From positions 64,001 through 128,000 of the forward strand of contig JBKBRF010000002.1 of NCBI GenBank assembly GCA_046292385.1: a stretch of 64,000 nucleotides of DNA, read 5' to 3'. Below, one piece after another: positions 29,017 through 39,316 of the stretch (position 1 is its first letter; each line of letters begins with the position of its first letter). A program made the position numbers and the translations under genes. The notes under the pieces were generated by a model, which saw only the letters and a program-made list of their open reading frames with translations, was not told the origin of the DNA and made no database searches. Source of the DNA: Armatimonadota bacterium. GTDB taxonomy: Bacteria > Armatimonadota > SYMT01.

Positions 29017-29046
29017 GTTATAGGCAAGTCATCACTTGCATGTCAG
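29017..29046 (-). promoter_or_regulatory. Likely leaderless promoter with ArsR operator dyad
   Basis: Minus strand CTGACA-N18-TATAAC-N5-ATG; GCAAGT-N4-ACTTGC dyad in the spacer. Confidence 0.7.
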
Positions 29047-29168
29047 GAGACCGATTAAAACTCGTGCCGGCGCGCTCTTCCCCGTCTCTAGCAGCTCCAG
29101 GACCGGGCCGAGATCGTAGATGCAGCCCCAGCTGCCGGCCGCCGCGCGCCTTCCCGCCGGGCACCCGC

Positions 29169-30311
29169 TCAGCCGGACAGCCCGGGAGCGCCGGAGCTCT
29201 TCCCGTCTCGGCGCGCCGCCCGCCTGCGCCTGCCGCTCATGCGGTTCCACCACATCAGCCCCCCGGTAACGAACAAGATGGCGGGGGTCAGCCCCACGAG
29301 GACGTGTACCAGCCGGCTGAAGAGGCCGCCGTACCTGCCGATGTGCACCGGATAGCGCAAGTTGAGGAGCCGGGGGGCCGCCGGCGCGAGCAGCGCGTTG
29401 TCGGCACGGAGCACCGCTCCCGTGTACTGGTCGAGGTAGACGAAGCTCATGCCGTTGGGGTGCAGCTCCTGGGGCAGTCGACCGCGGACCACCACCGCGG
29501 CCTCCGGCTTTGCGGCCGGCGTGATCCGCGTCGGGATCAGCCCTGGCAGTGCCGCGCGGGCGGCGCGCACCAGTCCGTCGAGGGGAAGCGGCCGCGCTCC
29601 CGGTCGAGGGGTGGAGGAGGGCCGGGGCGGGGGCGGCGGCGTGCGGGTCAGCCGGTAGGCAGCCTCGGTGAAGAAGGTGCCGAACACGAGCGCCGCCCCG
29701 GTGAGGGCGATGAGGAGCAGCAGCGGAACCGCCAGGATGCCGCCGACCCGGTGCAGGTCGAAGTTCACTCGCTTCCAGCTGGCCCGCCACTGGACCGTGA
29801 GCCCCTGGCGGAGCTGCTTCGGCCACCAGAGCACCACTCCGGTCACGCCCAGGAAGATCAGCAGCAGCCCGCCGGTGCCGACCACCGTCTCGCCGGCGTC
29901 ACCAGCGAGCAGATGTGCGTGAAAATCGAAGAGGAAGCTGACCGGGTCACCCCGCAGGGAGCGGGTGCCCAGGATTGCTCCGCTGGCCGGATCGACGTAG
30001 ACCCGCAGCTCGCGGCCGTTCAGCCAGATCTCGTAGGTCTCTTCCGGCGTGCCGGGCGGCAGGATCTGCTGGAGGCGGTGCTCCGGATAGGCGCTCCGGA
30101 CCGTGCTCAGGACCGCGTCCAGCGAGACCGCCGGGCTGTTTTGCCGTGCCGTCGACGGAGCGCTCGCGCGGAGCAGCCGCGGGTGAAGCAGGGCGTCGAT
30201 CTCGGGACTGAAGACGAGCAGGCTGCCGGTGAGGCCCGTGAGCGAGACCAGCAGGCCGACCGCGAGCCCGATGTACAGATGCAGATTGAAGAGGAGCCGG
30301 CGCAGCTTCAC
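29169..30311 (-). CDS. PepSY-associated TM helix protein (iron-regulated membrane protein type)
   Basis: LHLYIGL..GLTGSLLVF..EID, VYVDPASGAILG, FDLHRVGG, LDQYTGAVL, VHIG; GTG start 30311. Confidence 0.9.
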   Translation of the reverse strand: MKLRRLLFNLHLYIGLAVGLLVSLTGLTGSLLVFSPEIDALLHPRLLRASAPSTARQNSPAVSLDAVLSTVRSAYPEHRLQQILPPGTPEETYEIWLNGRELRVYVDPASGAILGTRSLRGDPVSFLFDFHAHLLAGDAGETVVGTGGLLLIFLGVTGVVLWWPKQLRQGLTVQWRASWKRVNFDLHRVGGILAVPLLLLIALTGAALVFGTFFTEAAYRLTRTPPPPPRPSSTPRPGARPLPLDGLVRAARAALPGLIPTRITPAAKPEAAVVVRGRLPQELHPNGMSFVYLDQYTGAVLRADNALLAPAAPRLLNLRYPVHIGRYGGLFSRLVHVLVGLTPAILFVTGGLMWWNRMSGRRRRAARRDGKSSGAPGLSG

Positions 30312-30363
30312 CGCGGCACTCCGGGAGGAGCCGGTGGCTGCGCCGGCTCCTCCCAATATCGGA

Positions 30364-31125
<762 letters not shown>

Positions 31126-31314
31126 TCCGAAAACTACTCCTATTCGGGGATCGCTGAGCGATGATCCGCGCCAGGCCGTAAGCTCGGCCGGCTGGCGCTC
31201 GCAAACCGGAGCAGCGCCCCGCGCTCTACCTTGGTGACCGATGAAGCCATCGGGTGCGCCGAGCGGGATCTTATCACCTCTTAACTCGCGATGGCCGGTC
31301 CGGGTGGAATATTT

Positions 31315-31330
31315 TTTAATCTAGACTAAA
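31315..31330. promoter_or_regulatory. Palindromic operator TTTAATCTAGACTAAA, candidate DtxR/MntR-type metal-regulator box
   Basis: Near-perfect 16 bp dyad in an AT-rich patch upstream of the DUF1559-PepSY-TM genes. Confidence 0.5.
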
Positions 31331-31485
31331 TCCTCGACCGGCGCTGAGCGCTCTCGCTCTTCGCGCGCAGGGCTTCGACCGGCGCCGGGGATCCGTTCAC
31401 CCCGGCAGGCATGGGGCGACGCGGCGGAAGCACTCCTCGCCGTCGTCCACGGCGTCGTTCTCACGCCGTCGGAAGCAGCTTCGCG

Positions 31486-32091
31486 CTACGGTGCGGGCGG
31501 GCCGGAGAGTCCCAGCTCCGCGCGGATCACCTGCCGAAGCGCCCGGTGAAGCCACTCCGCGCTCCCCTCCAGCTTGAGCCCGCGTCCCTGGAGCACGACG
31601 GAGCCCCCACCGGCCTGGCGCGCCAGTACCGACTTGAGGCGGGTGCCGCTCGCCCGGCGCAGGGTGACGGTGACGCGCTGCCGTCCGGGGGAGACCGTCT
31701 CCACCGGCACGTCCAGCTCCCGGATCAGCTCGAGCAGCTCCTCCGTTCCCTCCCGACCGACCACCCGCAGCTCGTGCGCGCCTCCGATCCGGAGAATGCC
31801 GTCGATGCCGTACGGCACCAGTGAGTCCCGCGCATCGGGACGGGCGGAGCGGGGGACGTGGGAGTTGCCGGGGTACTGCTCCCGCCCGAACAGCGCGATC
31901 AGCTCCGCGGCGGTGCGGTGCTTCAAGCGCAGCGTGTGCGGCGCGGAGGGGGGCGCCCCCTGCGAGCCGGTGTGGGCCCGCGCCGGCAGTCCCACCCCGA
32001 GGCTGAGCGCCAGCAGGAGAAGCAGCGCACGGCAGGAATGCCGCGCCGCTGCCGGAGCGGCGGTGCCGCAGGCTCGGTTCCGAGGTTTCAT
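31486..32091 (-). CDS. Secreted protein with a stand-alone secretin N-domain (NolW-like) fold
   Basis: Signal peptide ending ARA; LRLKHRTAAELIALF and LRVVG..EELLELIRELDVP resemble secretin N3 repeats; AGGAG RBS. Confidence 0.55.
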   Translation of the reverse strand: MKPRNRACGTAAPAAARHSCRALLLLLALSLGVGLPARAHTGSQGAPPSAPHTLRLKHRTAAELIALFGREQYPGNSHVPRSARPDARDSLVPYGIDGILRIGGAHELRVVGREGTEELLELIRELDVPVETVSPGRQRVTVTLRRASGTRLKSVLARQAGGGSVVLQGRGLKLEGSAEWLHRALRQVIRAELGLSGPPAP

Positions 32092-32136
32092 CCGTGTCTC
32101 TCCTGCCCGCAGCAGCGTGCCGCGCCGGCTGATCTT

Positions 32137-32250
32137 CTAATGTTCATGTCGGTGATGGAGGTCCGGATAGTGCGGGTGGGTGTGGGTGAGCGGCTCGTGG
32201 CGGTGCCGATGCGTGTGCGGCTCGCGCTGGCGCGGCAGTCGTGGGATCCT
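32137..32250 (-). pseudogene. Orphan His-rich C-terminal fragment (EPHTHRHRHEPLTHTHPHYPDLHHRHEH*)
   Basis: Hand translation of the minus strand; in-frame TGA upstream at 32251-32253 and no ATG/GTG/TTG start; resembles His tails of EamA/DMT transporters. Confidence 0.6.
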
Positions 32251-32346
32251 TCATACCGCTTCATCTCATCGATCGGGAACCCTTATCCCGATGCCATTCG
32301 CCGCCACGCCGATACCCGGCCGCCGCACTACTGACCGCGGCGACCG

Positions 32347-35300
32347 CTACTTCCAGGCCGGCAGCGGCTCTCCCGGAGAAGCGGGAACGGGGTCCGGTCC
32401 GGCGTCTCCGGTCTCCGGACGGGGAGCGCCCTTGCCGAGCTCCCGAGCCCCCACCCGATAGAAGAGCGCCGGGGTGACCACCTGGTCGAGGAGCGTGCTG
32501 CTGATCAGACCGCCCAGGATCACCACGGCGATCGGCTGGAGCAGCTCTTTGCCGGGTTGACCCGCCGAGAGCGCCAGCGGCAGGAGGCCGAAGGCGGCCG
32601 TGAGGGCGGTCATCAGCACCGGCGCCAGCCGCTCCAGCGTCCCGCGCACGATCATCGCCTCTCCGAACGGCTCCCCTTCTTCGCGCATCAGGTGGACGTA
32701 GTGGGAGATCATCATGATCCCGTTGCGAGTGGCGATCCCGAAGAGCGTGATGAAGCCGACCAGCGACGCCACCGAGAGCACGCCGCCAGTCAGGAAGACC
32801 GCCACCACGCCCCCGACCATCGCGAGCGGCAGATTCACCATCACCTGGAGCGCCAGCCGCCAGGAGCCGAGCGCGACGAAGAGCACCAGGAAGATCCCGA
32901 AGACGGTAAAGCCGCCCAGGAAGACGATCTGCCCCATGGCGGACTGCTGGCTCTCGAACTGGCCGCCGTACTCCACGAAGTAGCCGGGCTGCCAGTCCTC
33001 CTGGACCTCTCTCATCCGGGTCTGGAGCTCGCCGACCACGCTGTCGAGGTCGCGTCCTTCCACGTTGGCCTGCACCACGATGCGGCGCGAGACGTTCTCC
33101 CGGTTGATCGTGTTCGGCCCCGTGCCGGTGCGGATCTCCGCCAGCTGTCCCAGCGGAATCCGGGGGCCGACCGGCGTATCGATGAGCGTGCGGCGGATGA
33201 CGTCGACGTTGCCGCGAGCCTCCTCGTCGAACCAGACCACCAGGTCATAGGTCCGCTGCCCGTCCATCACCTTGGAAAAGGAGTGTGCGTTGAACGCCGT
33301 CTCCAGCGTTTCCGCCACCGCCCCGGGAGTGAGGCCGTAGCGGGCGGCCGCCTCCCGGTTAAGGCTGACCCGCACCTGCGGCACCTCCACCTGCGGCTCC
33401 ACCTGCAGATCGACCACTCCCCGGATACCCGCCAGCACCTCCCGCACCTCCTCCGCGTGCCGCCGCAGCACGTCGAGGTCGGAGCCGTAGACCTTGACCG
33501 CGAGCGCCGCTCGCACGCCGGAGGAGAGGTGGTCGAGCCGGTGCGAGATCGGCTGCCCCACGGCGATCACCACCCCCGGGACCCGTCCCAGCTTCTCCCG
33601 GATCTCCGCCTGGATCTCCCGCATGGAGCGCTGCGAGGGCTTGAGGCCGACGTCGATCTCGGAGACGTTCACCCCTTCCGCGTGCTCGTCCAGCTCCGCC
33701 CGGCCGGTGCGGCGGCCGGTGTGCGCCACCTCCGGCACCGTGAGCAGCTGTCGCTCCAGCACCGTGCCGATCCGGTTCGACTCCGCGAGGCTCGTGCCCG
33801 GCGGCAGAATGGCGTTGATCGAGAGCGAGCCCTCGTTGAACGGCGGCAGGAACTCCCGCCCCATCAGCGGGAAGAGCGCCGCCGCGCCGAGGACCAGCAC
33901 CATCGCTCCCGCGAGGACCACCCCCGAGCTCCCGACCGCCCACCGGACCAGCGGCGCGTCCCACCGCTTGAGATAGCGCACCAGCGGCCCGTCCTCCGGC
34001 TCCCCGGAGCCGAGCAGGCGCCGCAGCAGCGGGACGCGTGCGGCGCGCCCAGCTCCGGACGGTCGCGCCAGCAGGTAGGCGCAGAGCGCGGGCGTGACGG
34101 TGAGGGAGACGAGCAGCGACGCGGAGAGCGCCGTAATGTAGGCGAGGCCGAGCGGCATGAAGACCCGGCCTTCCATCCCTTCCAGCGAGAGCAGGGGCAG
34201 GAAGACGAGGGCGATGATGATCGTCGCGAAGACGATGCTGTTCCGGACCTCCGCGCTCGCCCGGTAGACCACCTGCAGCGGCGGGTCGGGGTTCGGCTTC
34301 AGCCGGTTCTCCTTCAGGCGCCGGAAGACGTTCTCCACGTCGACGATGCTGTCGTCGACCAGCTCCCCGATCGCCACCGCCAGGCCACCGAGCGTCATCG
34401 TGTTGATGCTGATGTCGAAGCGGTGCAGCACCAGCATGGCGATCACGAACGAGAGCGGGATGGCGGTGAGGGAGATCACCGTCGTCCGCAGGTTCAGGAG
34501 GAATACGAGCAGGACCAGGAAGACGAGGAAGCTCCCGTCCCGCAGCGCCTCCTCCACGTTGTGGATCGCCGTCTCGATGAAGTCGCTCTGCCGGAACAGA
34601 TGGCGGTTGATCTCGACGTCCCGGGGCAGAGAGGCTTCCACCTCCTCGAGGGCGCGGTCGATCTGCCGGGTGAGTGCGAGCGTGTTCGCGTTCGGCTGCT
34701 TCTGGATGGAGAGGATGACCGCCGGGCTGCCGTTCTCGCTGGCGTCGCCGCGGGCGAGCGCCGGCCCGAACCGCACGTCGGCGACCTGCTCCACCGTCAC
34801 CGGGACCCCGTTCCGCACCGCCACCACCGTGCGGCCGATGTCCTCCAGGGTCCGGGCGCGGCCCATGATCCGGATCACCGCCTCGCGCTGGGGGCTCTGC
34901 AGGAAGCCTCCGGCGGTGCTCTGGTTGGACCCGCGCACCGCTTCCGTAAGCTGGTTCAGCGTCACCCCGTACTGCTGGAGGCGGGTCGGATTGGTCAGCA
35001 CCTGGAACTGCTTCACGCCGCCGCCGATCGGCACCGCCTGCGAGACGCCGGGGATGGCGAGGAGCCGCTGCCGCACCACCCAGTCGGCGTAGGAGCGGAT
35101 CTCGATCGGCTCCGTCTCTCCGCTCTTGCTCTGGAGCGAGATCAGCATGATCTCCCCCATGATCGAGGAGACCGGCCCCATCGTTGGGATCGCCTCCTCC
35201 GGCAGCCGTGCCTGCGCCAGCTGGAGCTTCTCGGTGACGATCTGCCGCGCCCGAAGGATCTCCGCGTCCCAGTCGAACTCCACCCAGACGATCGAGAGCC

Positions 35301-35565
35301 CGGCGCTGGAGGCGGACCGCACCCGCTCCACCCCCGCCGCGCCGTTCATCATCGACTCGATCGGAAAGGTGACGAGCGTCTCCACCTCCTCCGCGGCGAG
35401 GCCGTGCGCCTCCGTGAGGATCGTCACCACCGGGCGGTTCAGGTCCGGCAGCACGTCGACCGGCATCTTCGCCACCGCCGCCGCCCCGTAGACGAGGAGG
35501 AGCGCGGCGGCGCAGACGACCATGAAGCGCTGGCGGATGCAGAACTGGATCAGGTGGTTCAGCAT
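32347..35565 (-). CDS. CusA/CzcA-family heavy-metal RND permease
   Basis: PVDVLPDL, EEVETLVTFPIE, NTMTLGGLAVAIGELVDDSIVDVEN, GRRTGRAELDEHAEG, ERLAPVLMTA. Confidence 0.95.
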   Translation of the reverse strand: MLNHLIQFCIRQRFMVVCAAALLLVYGAAAVAKMPVDVLPDLNRPVVTILTEAHGLAAEEVETLVTFPIESMMNGAAGVERVRSASSAGLSIVWVEFDWDAEILRARQIVTEKLQLAQARLPEEAIPTMGPVSSIMGEIMLISLQSKSGETEPIEIRSYADWVVRQRLLAIPGVSQAVPIGGGVKQFQVLTNPTRLQQYGVTLNQLTEAVRGSNQSTAGGFLQSPQREAVIRIMGRARTLEDIGRTVVAVRNGVPVTVEQVADVRFGPALARGDASENGSPAVILSIQKQPNANTLALTRQIDRALEEVEASLPRDVEINRHLFRQSDFIETAIHNVEEALRDGSFLVFLVLLVFLLNLRTTVISLTAIPLSFVIAMLVLHRFDISINTMTLGGLAVAIGELVDDSIVDVENVFRRLKENRLKPNPDPPLQVVYRASAEVRNSIVFATIIIALVFLPLLSLEGMEGRVFMPLGLAYITALSASLLVSLTVTPALCAYLLARPSGAGRAARVPLLRRLLGSGEPEDGPLVRYLKRWDAPLVRWAVGSSGVVLAGAMVLVLGAAALFPLMGREFLPPFNEGSLSINAILPPGTSLAESNRIGTVLERQLLTVPEVAHTGRRTGRAELDEHAEGVNVSEIDVGLKPSQRSMREIQAEIREKLGRVPGVVIAVGQPISHRLDHLSSGVRAALAVKVYGSDLDVLRRHAEEVREVLAGIRGVVDLQVEPQVEVPQVRVSLNREAAARYGLTPGAVAETLETAFNAHSFSKVMDGQRTYDLVVWFDEEARGNVDVIRRTLIDTPVGPRIPLGQLAEIRTGTGPNTINRENVSRRIVVQANVEGRDLDSVVGELQTRMREVQEDWQPGYFVEYGGQFESQQSAMGQIVFLGGFTVFGIFLVLFVALGSWRLALQVMVNLPLAMVGGVVAVFLTGGVLSVASLVGFITLFGIATRNGIMMISHYVHLMREEGEPFGEAMIVRGTLERLAPVLMTALTAAFGLLPLALSAGQPGKELLQPIAVVILGGLISSTLLDQVVTPALFYRVGARELGKGAPRPETGDAGPDPVPASPGEPLPAWK

Positions 35566-35566
35566 G

Positions 35567-37984
35567 CTACTTCCCGAGCTTCGCGAGGAGCTGATAGGCG
35601 CCGCGGGTCACCACCGGCTCCCCCGGCTTCAGTCCCGCCTCGATCACCACCTGGTCGCCCAGCGCCGGTCCTACCCGGACGACCCGCCGTCGGTAGGCGC
35701 CCTCCGCTTCCCGCACGAAGACGAGCTGCTCCCCGCCTCGCTCCTGGAGCGCTTCCACCGGGATCACCACGGCGCTGCCGGTCCCGGAGGAGATCACCAC
35801 TCGCACGAACATGTTCGGCTTGAGCAGGCCGTTCGGGTTCGGCACCACCGTCCGCACGTGGACCGCCCGGGTCTCCGGGTCGACCTCGTACTCGATCGAG
35901 CTGACCGTCCCCGCGAAGGTGCGGCCGGGCACCGCATCCGCAGCGATCGTCACGCGCTGACCCTCCCGGATCCGCGGCAGGTCTTTCTCGAAGACGTCGC
36001 TCTCCACCCAGACCGTCCCGGTGTTTACGACGGAACAGAGCGTCTCCCCGGCGCCCACCACCTGGCCGGTGTTCACCGGGCGGCTGTGGACCTCGCCCCC
36101 GATCGGCGCGGTGATCCGCACCTGGCTGCTGCCGGAAGGAGAGCCGCCGAGGAGCTGCAGCCGGTTCAGCGCGGCACGGACCGCCTGCCGCGCGCCGCCC
36201 GCCGCCGCCTCGGCCGCCTGCGTCTCGGCCCGAGCGCCCGCCACCTGCTCCCGCGCGGTCTCCACCGCCCGCCGCTGGGAGGCGACCAGCGCCTCCGCCG
36301 CCTCGGCCGACCGCACCCGGCGCGTGACCGCCGCCTCCGCCGAGCGGGCCTGCAGCTCCGCGCTTTCCACCTCGGCGCGGGCCGCCTGGACCTCCCGGGC
36401 GTCCCGCAGGCTCTCCCGCTGAATCCGCTCCTCCCGGGCGAGCGCGGTCCGGGCGAGCTGGAGCTGCCGCTCGGCGGTCCGGACCCGGGTCCGCCCCTGG
36501 GAGGCCGCACTCTGCGCCGCTTCCAGCTCCTTGCGGGCGACCACGCCGTCCTTCAGTCCCTGCTCCAGGCGCCTCGCCTGCGCTTCCACATTGGTGAGCG
36601 CCGCCTGGCCCTCCTGGAGCTCCCCCTCCGCCGCCGCGACGGCCGACCGCGCCGTCTCCACGGGTCCCTGGGCGAACGCCCCGGCCGCCGCGAGCTGCTG
36701 CTGGCGCTGCAGCGCCTGGCGGGCGCTCTCCACCTTGCCGCGAGCCACCGCGAGCTCCGCCCGCTCGTGCTCCGCCTCCGCCCGCGCCTCGGCGAGCTGC
36801 GCTTCGGCGCGGGCGAGTGCCGCCTCGGCCTCGCCGACCTGCGACTGGACCCGGCGCACCTCCGCCCGGGTGCGGACCCGGACCGCCTCCGCGCTCCGCT
36901 GCTCCGCCTGCGCCCGCGACAGCGCCGCCTGCGCCTCTGCGATCTCGGTGCTGTCGATCACCGCCACCAGGTGGCCGGCGGGAATCCGCTGTCCCGGCGT
37001 GACGTAGACCCGCAGCACCCGGCCGCCCACTCGCGTGTTTACCGTGACGGCCCCGTTCGGGTTGGGGCGCACCTGTCCGGTCGTAGAGAGACCGCCCGCG
37101 AGGGGCCGGCTCGCCGCCGGGACGGTCTGCAGCCCCAGCAGCTCCGCCGCGTCGTGATCCAGGCTCACCAGGTCCGGATCCTGCTCCAGCTCCTCGTTCT
37201 CGATCGAGAGCGTGAACCGGTAGCGGTCCCGCTCCAGCACCGCCTCCGTCTCGCCGTTCGGCCCGAGGTAGGCGCGGAGCGGCGTGCCGGCTTCTCCGAA
37301 CGTCTCCGCGACCGCGATGTGTCGCCCGTCCGGCCCGTGCATGTGCCCGGCCTCTTCCCCGTCCGCCCGCACGCCGCCGAGCGGCGCCAGGGCAAACGCG
37401 AGCCAGAGCAGGGAGAGCTTCGCCGCGGTCTTGCGGCCGCTCCGCCGCCCGAGCAGGAACGCCGCCGCGAGCAGCAGCAGCACCGCCAGCCCGCCCGCCG
37501 CGTAGAGTAGCGGAGACGTGGAGGCAGCCGCCGCGGTCCCGCCCTCCGGATCCGGCACCCAGATCGGGAACTCCAGCGTGTACTGCTTCCCGCCCGGCAG
37601 CGTCACCGTCTCGACGATCACGTACTCGCCCGGCTCCCGGTACATCATGTGGCTGCCGTAGACCCCGTGCTCCGGCTCGTAGGCGTTCGCCTCCCGGTGA
37701 ACGACCGCCTGGGGGTCGCCCTTGCGGTGGATCACCGAGTGGACTTCGGCCCCTTCCACCACCGCCCCGTTCCCGTCGGGGCCCTTCCGGCTCGTATCGG
37801 TGATCCGCAGGTCATGGTGCGAGAGGACCTGGGCGCCGGCAGAGCCGCCCTCCGGAGCGACCGCGATGTGGCGGCCATCCGGCCCGTGCACGTGACCCGG
37901 GCCTTCCTCGTCCGCCCGCGCCGCGGGAGCGAGGACGCTCAGGCCCGCCAGCATGGCGGCCAGGTAGAAGTGAGGTCGACTCAT
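35567..37984 (-). CDS. RND membrane-fusion protein with a long His-motif N-terminal extension
   Basis: VNTRVGGRV, long coiled coil, ITAPIGGEV, LKPNMFV, GLKPGEPVV; GH(V/M)HGPDGRHIAVA occurs twice. Confidence 0.9.
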   Translation of the reverse strand: MSRPHFYLAAMLAGLSVLAPAARADEEGPGHVHGPDGRHIAVAPEGGSAGAQVLSHHDLRITDTSRKGPDGNGAVVEGAEVHSVIHRKGDPQAVVHREANAYEPEHGVYGSHMMYREPGEYVIVETVTLPGGKQYTLEFPIWVPDPEGGTAAAASTSPLLYAAGGLAVLLLLAAAFLLGRRSGRKTAAKLSLLWLAFALAPLGGVRADGEEAGHMHGPDGRHIAVAETFGEAGTPLRAYLGPNGETEAVLERDRYRFTLSIENEELEQDPDLVSLDHDAAELLGLQTVPAASRPLAGGLSTTGQVRPNPNGAVTVNTRVGGRVLRVYVTPGQRIPAGHLVAVIDSTEIAEAQAALSRAQAEQRSAEAVRVRTRAEVRRVQSQVGEAEAALARAEAQLAEARAEAEHERAELAVARGKVESARQALQRQQQLAAAGAFAQGPVETARSAVAAAEGELQEGQAALTNVEAQARRLEQGLKDGVVARKELEAAQSAASQGRTRVRTAERQLQLARTALAREERIQRESLRDAREVQAARAEVESAELQARSAEAAVTRRVRSAEAAEALVASQRRAVETAREQVAGARAETQAAEAAAGGARQAVRAALNRLQLLGGSPSGSSQVRITAPIGGEVHSRPVNTGQVVGAGETLCSVVNTGTVWVESDVFEKDLPRIREGQRVTIAADAVPGRTFAGTVSSIEYEVDPETRAVHVRTVVPNPNGLLKPNMFVRVVISSGTGSAVVIPVEALQERGGEQLVFVREAEGAYRRRVVRVGPALGDQVVIEAGLKPGEPVVTRGAYQLLAKLGK

Positions 37985-39297
37985 CGAGGGTTCTCCGGCG
38001 GCTCCGGCGCGAGACCCGGGGCGGTGCCCAGAGCCCGGTCGAGGGCGATGCGGGCGCGGACCGCATCGAAAAGGGCGTTCTGATACTCGGTGCGGGTCTG
38101 CCGCACCACCCGCTGGGCCTCCAGCACCTCCAGGAAGGAGGTGAGGCCGGCCTCGAACCCGGCGCGGGTGGAGCGCAGCAGCTCCTCCGTCTGCGGCAGG
38201 ATCGCCTCCCGGTAGCTCTGCGCCACCTGGCGGGCGGCGGTCAGCTCCGCGGCGGCCCGTTCAATCTCTACGCGCACCGCCCGGCGCGTGGCCTCCACCT
38301 CCGCTTCCTGCTCGCGGACGCCCGCCCGGGCACGGTCCTCCTCCGCGCGGAGCCGGCCGCGGTCAAAGAGCGGAAAGCTGAGCCGCGCCTGGAGACCGAG
38401 GTTGCGGGAGTTGAACGGGTCGCGGTCGAGGCTCCAGGTATCCGCCGCCAGCTCGGCAAACAGCTCCGGCCGCCGGGCCGCGCGGGCGACCGCCACCGCC
38501 CCCCGCCGGGCGGCGAGCACGGCGCGGGCGGCGGCCAGCTCCGGCCGGGCCTGCTCCGCGCGGTCGAGCAGCTGCTCCCGCGGCGCCGGGGCCTCGGGGA
38601 TCTCCAGGCTCTCCGCCGGAACGACGGCGGTGTCCGCCGGGCGGCCGAGGATCAGGTTCAGGGTCGCCGCCCGGGCACGGGTCTCTCCGGCGGCGCGGAC
38701 CGCGTCCTGCTCCGCCCGGGCGAGCTCGATCCCGGCGCGGGTCTGCTGCACCAGGGGCGCCTCCCCGATCTCCACGCGCCGCTTCACCGCGTCCCGCAGC
38801 TGCCGCGCCAGCTCCGCCGTCTCCCGCGCCGCCTCCTCCACGGCCCGAGTCCGTACCAGGTCGTAATAGGCGGCCCGCGTCTCCGCCGCGGACTGCAGCT
38901 GCGCCAGCCGGAGCTCCGCCTCCGCCGCCTGCCGGAGCCCCGCGGCCGCCTCCGCCTGGGCCGAGCGCCGGCCGCCGAGGTCGATCTGCTGGGAGAGGAG
39001 CGCGTTGCCGTTGGTGAAGCCGACCCCCGGCGCCAGCTCCGCCTGCGGGTTGAACGGGGCGCGGGCGCCGCGGAGGCCGGCACTCGCCGCCTCCAGCCGG
39101 GCCGCCGCCGCCGCGACCGCGGGACTCTGCGCCAACGAGAGCCGCACCGCTTCCTCCAGGGTGAGCGGGGCCGGCTCTGCCTGCGCCGCCGCGGCGGCGG
39201 AAGCCGCCAGTGCCGGCAGCAGTGCGGCGAGCCAGGCGGTCCGACGGAGAGCGCCTGCGACTGTCAGTAGTAATTGCGGGGCGGTGGAAAGGAGCAC
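37981..39297 (-). CDS. TolC-family outer-membrane efflux protein
   Basis: LTLEEAV, AAYYDL, FPLFDRG, GFEAGLTSFLEVLEAQR; start uncertain. Confidence 0.9.
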   Translation of the reverse strand: MLLSTAPQLLLTVAGALRRTAWLAALLPALAASAAAAAQAEPAPLTLEEAVRLSLAQSPAVAAAAARLEAASAGLRGARAPFNPQAELAPGVGFTNGNALLSQQIDLGGRRSAQAEAAAGLRQAAEAELRLAQLQSAAETRAAYYDLVRTRAVEEAARETAELARQLRDAVKRRVEIGEAPLVQQTRAGIELARAEQDAVRAAGETRARAATLNLILGRPADTAVVPAESLEIPEAPAPREQLLDRAEQARPELAAARAVLAARRGAVAVARAARRPELFAELAADTWSLDRDPFNSRNLGLQARLSFPLFDRGRLRAEEDRARAGVREQEAEVEATRRAVRVEIERAAAELTAARQVAQSYREAILPQTEELLRSTRAGFEAGLTSFLEVLEAQRVVRQTRTEYQNALFDAVRARIALDRALGTAPGLAPEPPENPR

Positions 39298-39316
39298 GGG
39301 AGTCTCTCCGGCAGGA

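Noticed and set aside
32557..35823. Very long antisense ORFs (1088 aa here; 1034 aa at 46959-50063; others)
   Set aside because: They mirror well-supported genes on the opposite strand and have no motifs; expected shadow ORFs at this GC content.
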